From Thalia democratica (taxonomy: Eukaryota): a stretch of DNA of 64,000 bases. The stretch spans positions 43,710,001 through 43,774,000 of the forward strand of contig OZ241826.1 of assembly GCA_965202585.1 (NCBI GenBank), given 5' to 3'. Below the pieces are notes generated by a model. It was not told the DNA's origin, ran no database searches, and worked only from the letters and a program-made list of their open reading frames with translations. Below are positions 61,601 through 64,000 of this stretch, in pieces. How positions within the stretch are numbered: position 1 is the stretch's first letter; each line of letters starts with the position of its first letter. Position numbers and translations under genes: made by a program.

Positions 61601-63443
61601 AACTTGTTATAAAACCAATATTTAAAATTAACTTAGTTATTATCTAAAAAACTACGTTAGAAAATTCATATACTTTTATCTTGTCAAAAATACTGTACCA
61701 AAAAATTACAAAATTAAACTCCAACAGAGTTCTAAGACTTTTTATTACATTCTAAAGAGAATACAAGAACTGGAAACCTCTGTGGAAAAAAGATTGTAGC
61801 CTTCATTGCCAGGGTCCACAAAGAACCCAACAATACTGATTTTCATTTCAGCTGCAATTGCTGAGTTGACCTTGCTCACTGTATGAGAGTTGATGGTGTG
61901 GAGAAAAGAGTTTGAAATGGACTTGCACCCTTTATTGTCGCCCAATATCGAGTCCACTTTGCAAAACTAAAAATAATATGTTATAAATGAATAGGGTACA
62001 TTGAAACTGACGTTAGTTTAAATCAGAATTAAAGGAAATTAGAAGCATTGGAAAAATGAAAACTAAAATTTTAACACTTGTTTTTAAAATTGAAGCCAAA
62101 TTACCTTTTGAAGAACAGTTAAAATGCTGTACAATATCATTTTTAGTGTTATATGTTCTACAATTAAAAAATATGACTTAAATTTATTAAAATTTTTACA
62201 TAAATAAGACCAATATTCATTATTATGTTGTACTGCTTAAATTTAAAGTGCTTGATTATGAAGAACTATGTAAAACAAGAGTTTGTTTACAAATTATAAA
62301 AATAATGTTTAGTTTTTATTTAAGTATAAATCTTTTACTATAAATTCATTAGTTTTAATTTTTAAGCTCCACACTGAAAAAGAAAAAAATATTTTAAATA
62401 AGTTTTGATAAAAAGATAGTTGTTTTTACATAACTAGTGTTTAAATCAATTGTTCTTGAGTTTTCCTACAACAAATATACATAAAATCTGACTTGGCGTC
62501 TATTATTGAGTCTGGACATTCTGGTGGCTTGGTGATAAGTGAGAGTTCTTGGCAGGAAGGCTGGGCTCACTTTTGACCTTTCACTGAGAAAGCGGTAAAT
62601 CTGTGTCACCTGCTCATATGCAATCAAAAATTTGTTTCGATCCTGTAAAAAAAATATGTTTAAATTTCAACTTTGATGCAACTTTTGATTTTTAAATTAG
62701 CTATTTGAAAAAAACTGTTAAGACCATTTAAATCTGATAGAAGTCAGTAAAATAACTTTCGTAAAACAAGCAAATATTTAATAAACATTAACACTTACGG
62801 CATTTGAAGATTTTTATTGTTGATCAGCAAGAAGTAAAAGTTGCAGAACAACACAAATGACAACCACGGTGAAAGGAACAATGAGGTACAAGTTATTAAT
62901 TAAGTATATATTAAAACATATTTATACAAAAATTAAAAACTTTTAGACTTATTACTAAAGAAGTTCGAAAAATTTTTTATAATAACAGTATCAGTTTTAT
63001 CTTTTTAAAATATTTTTAATGACTTAATTTTAAAATACTAGATTGTACTTTTTATTAGGTCAACTAATTTATTAATATACCTAAAAAACTAATCTAAAAT
63101 ATTTATAAATTTGTTCACTTAGAAAAAAATGTTAATATTTTCTCTAACTACAATCTTATTATCTTTTTACATAGGTTTTTACTAATTAAATAACTTTTTA
63201 AGAAGATTTTTGTAAAATTAGTTAATTATACTTAATACACAAAACAAACTTAATATAATTTATAGCCATTAACTTTCAGCAGCTACCAAAATAAGTTTAG
63301 TTCTTTTTAGTTTTTTTATTATACGTTTTCACTATTTTAAACAGTTTTACAAAAAAAAGCAAACAAACTTCTTTATCCAGCTCTGCATTGTAGTCTTGTT
63401 TGACCCTAACAGGTTTTTTGATTTTCTTTGAAGGCATTCTCAT
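51734..63443 (-). CDS. SUZ12: Polycomb protein SUZ12, ~861 aa. Exons: 63443-63369, 62642-62493, 61966-61778, 61453-61249, 60940-60753, 60327-60237, 60137-60041, 59532-59437, 59251-59165, 58532-58416, 57415-57249, 56932-56727, 56449-56270, 55673-55448, 55193-54992, 52665-52501, 51878-51734
   Basis: FLIAYEQVTQIYRFL...FLPRTLTY, EMQIFDKN, zinc finger LQCPWC...HQHLCHPR, NECYD.SFHGNP, GPIKR and VEFS box HNRLYFHS...DEFTDVNEGEKVMMKLWN...FVEEHY. GT-AG phases are consistent (2586 nt), and an in-frame TAA directly precedes the ATG. Confidence 0.92.
54405..54488 (-). other. Diverged duplicate of the 3' end of the SUZ12 VEFS exon, with its own donor and candidate acceptors
   Basis: ctg atg aag ctg tgg aac tgt ttc att ctg agt aat cc|gtcagt versus the true exon atg atg aag ctg tgg aac tgc ttc atg ctc aac aac cc|gtcggt. 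Confidence 0.7.
54519..54913. mobile_element. MITE with perfect 12-bp TIR CAGGGTTGCCAC
   Basis: TIRs at 54519-54530 and 54902-54913, with repeated subterminal (t)ccctga motifs. No 8-bp TSD seen. Confidence 0.8.
57686..58356. mobile_element. Foldback MITE with ~300-bp inverted arms and TTAA TSD (Kolobok/T2-like)
   Basis: TTAA|GGGCATAGGGGGGTAAACACCCTTTT ... AAAAGGGTGTTTACCCCC..CTATGCCC|TTAA, with arm similarity running to a short central spacer. A TTAA TSD with RR termini is characteristic of Kolobok-type elements. Confidence 0.85.
58650..58676. repeat. (TA)13 microsatellite
   Basis: Direct read of the sequence. Confidence 0.9.
61065..61085. repeat. (TA)10 microsatellite
   Basis: Direct read of the sequence. 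Confidence 0.85.
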
Positions 63444-64000
63444 TTAACTACAATTATTTATCTAAGACAGTTACTGAACAAAATTACTTAACTTAAAACT
63501 AACTATTGAAGTTTTATTTAACACTTTTTGATATTTCACTTTGAAAATTCCTAGTGATTAGTATTTATACTTATTTTATAAAATGTTTTATTAATTTAAG
63601 GCTCTCTAAAATAACTTAGTTTCATAATTCAAACTGATTAATTTATTAATACTAAAAATTTATTTAATGCGTGTTAGTCTCCATTTTGTTGTGATTGATA
63701 GTTAAAATAGTTTTTATTTATTTTACATTAATTTAAAAACAGTCTTGATCTTTTTTTAAGCAAACTTCTAACAAAATTATTTACTTCTGTATAATTGTTA
63801 AGGAAAAACTAGTTTTGGTACTTATATAAATTGAAGCAATTTTGAAAAATAGCAAACTTTTAAAATTATATAAAACTATTTTTTAGTAAATAACTAGTAT
63901 GTATAGGAAAATATTTCAAATTAAAATTTTTAGCTTTTATAGACTAAACTAAAAAGTCTAATAATGAATATATATAAAAACCAAGAATTTATATTACACA

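Noticed and set aside
2740-63443. Polycistronic/SL trans-spliced operon, suggested by all genes being on one strand with acceptors just upstream of three ATGs
   Set aside because: Intergenic distances are kilobases, CLCA and the mini-gene have their own TATA promoters, and Kv2 has cis 5'UTR donors. Five co-oriented genes, two of them duplicates, is weak evidence.
6552-63443. Non-canonical (non GT-AG) introns
   Set aside because: Every intron could be placed with GT-AG ends and a consistent reading frame.
1-64000. CRISPR arrays, rRNA, tRNA, prokaryotic operons or horizontally acquired bacterial DNA
   Set aside because: None seen. The GC-rich patches are spliced exons of metazoan genes or short islands, and the repeats lack a repeat-spacer structure.

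Overview
AT-rich (roughly 25% GC by eye), intron-containing metazoan genomic DNA, probably an invertebrate; the taxon cannot be fixed from sequence alone. I reconstructed five protein-coding genes by hand with GT-AG boundaries and consistent phases, all on the minus strand. (1) An intronless, terminally extended UQCRB/QCR7-like gene (2740-3318). (2) A Kv2/Shab potassium channel with 15 coding exons (6552-23140) and probable 5'UTR exons to about 29 kb. (3) A CLCA-family HExxH metalloprotease/VWA gene (32006-39246) whose C-terminus is two chitin-binding CBM14 domains rather than a membrane anchor. (4) A 79-aa signal peptide + single CBM14 mini-gene (44730-45230) that is absent from the ORF track. 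(5) SUZ12 with 17 coding exons (51734-63443). The most notable structure is a ~12.3 kb direct tandem duplication of the CLCA locus. In the second copy the CLCA body is deleted, so the CLCA promoter and signal peptide are joined in frame to the last chitin-binding module, and this mini-gene has diverged quickly in amino acids while keeping all six Cys, its splice sites and its ORF. Other points: a truncated Penelope-like element with two inverted hammerhead ribozyme motifs in a CLCA intron, a candidate 12-nt micro-exon, a duplicated SUZ12 exon end that could act as a poison or alternative exon, several MITE/foldback elements, and strong exon-by-exon GC mosaicism. All gene models are manual predictions without transcript or database support.
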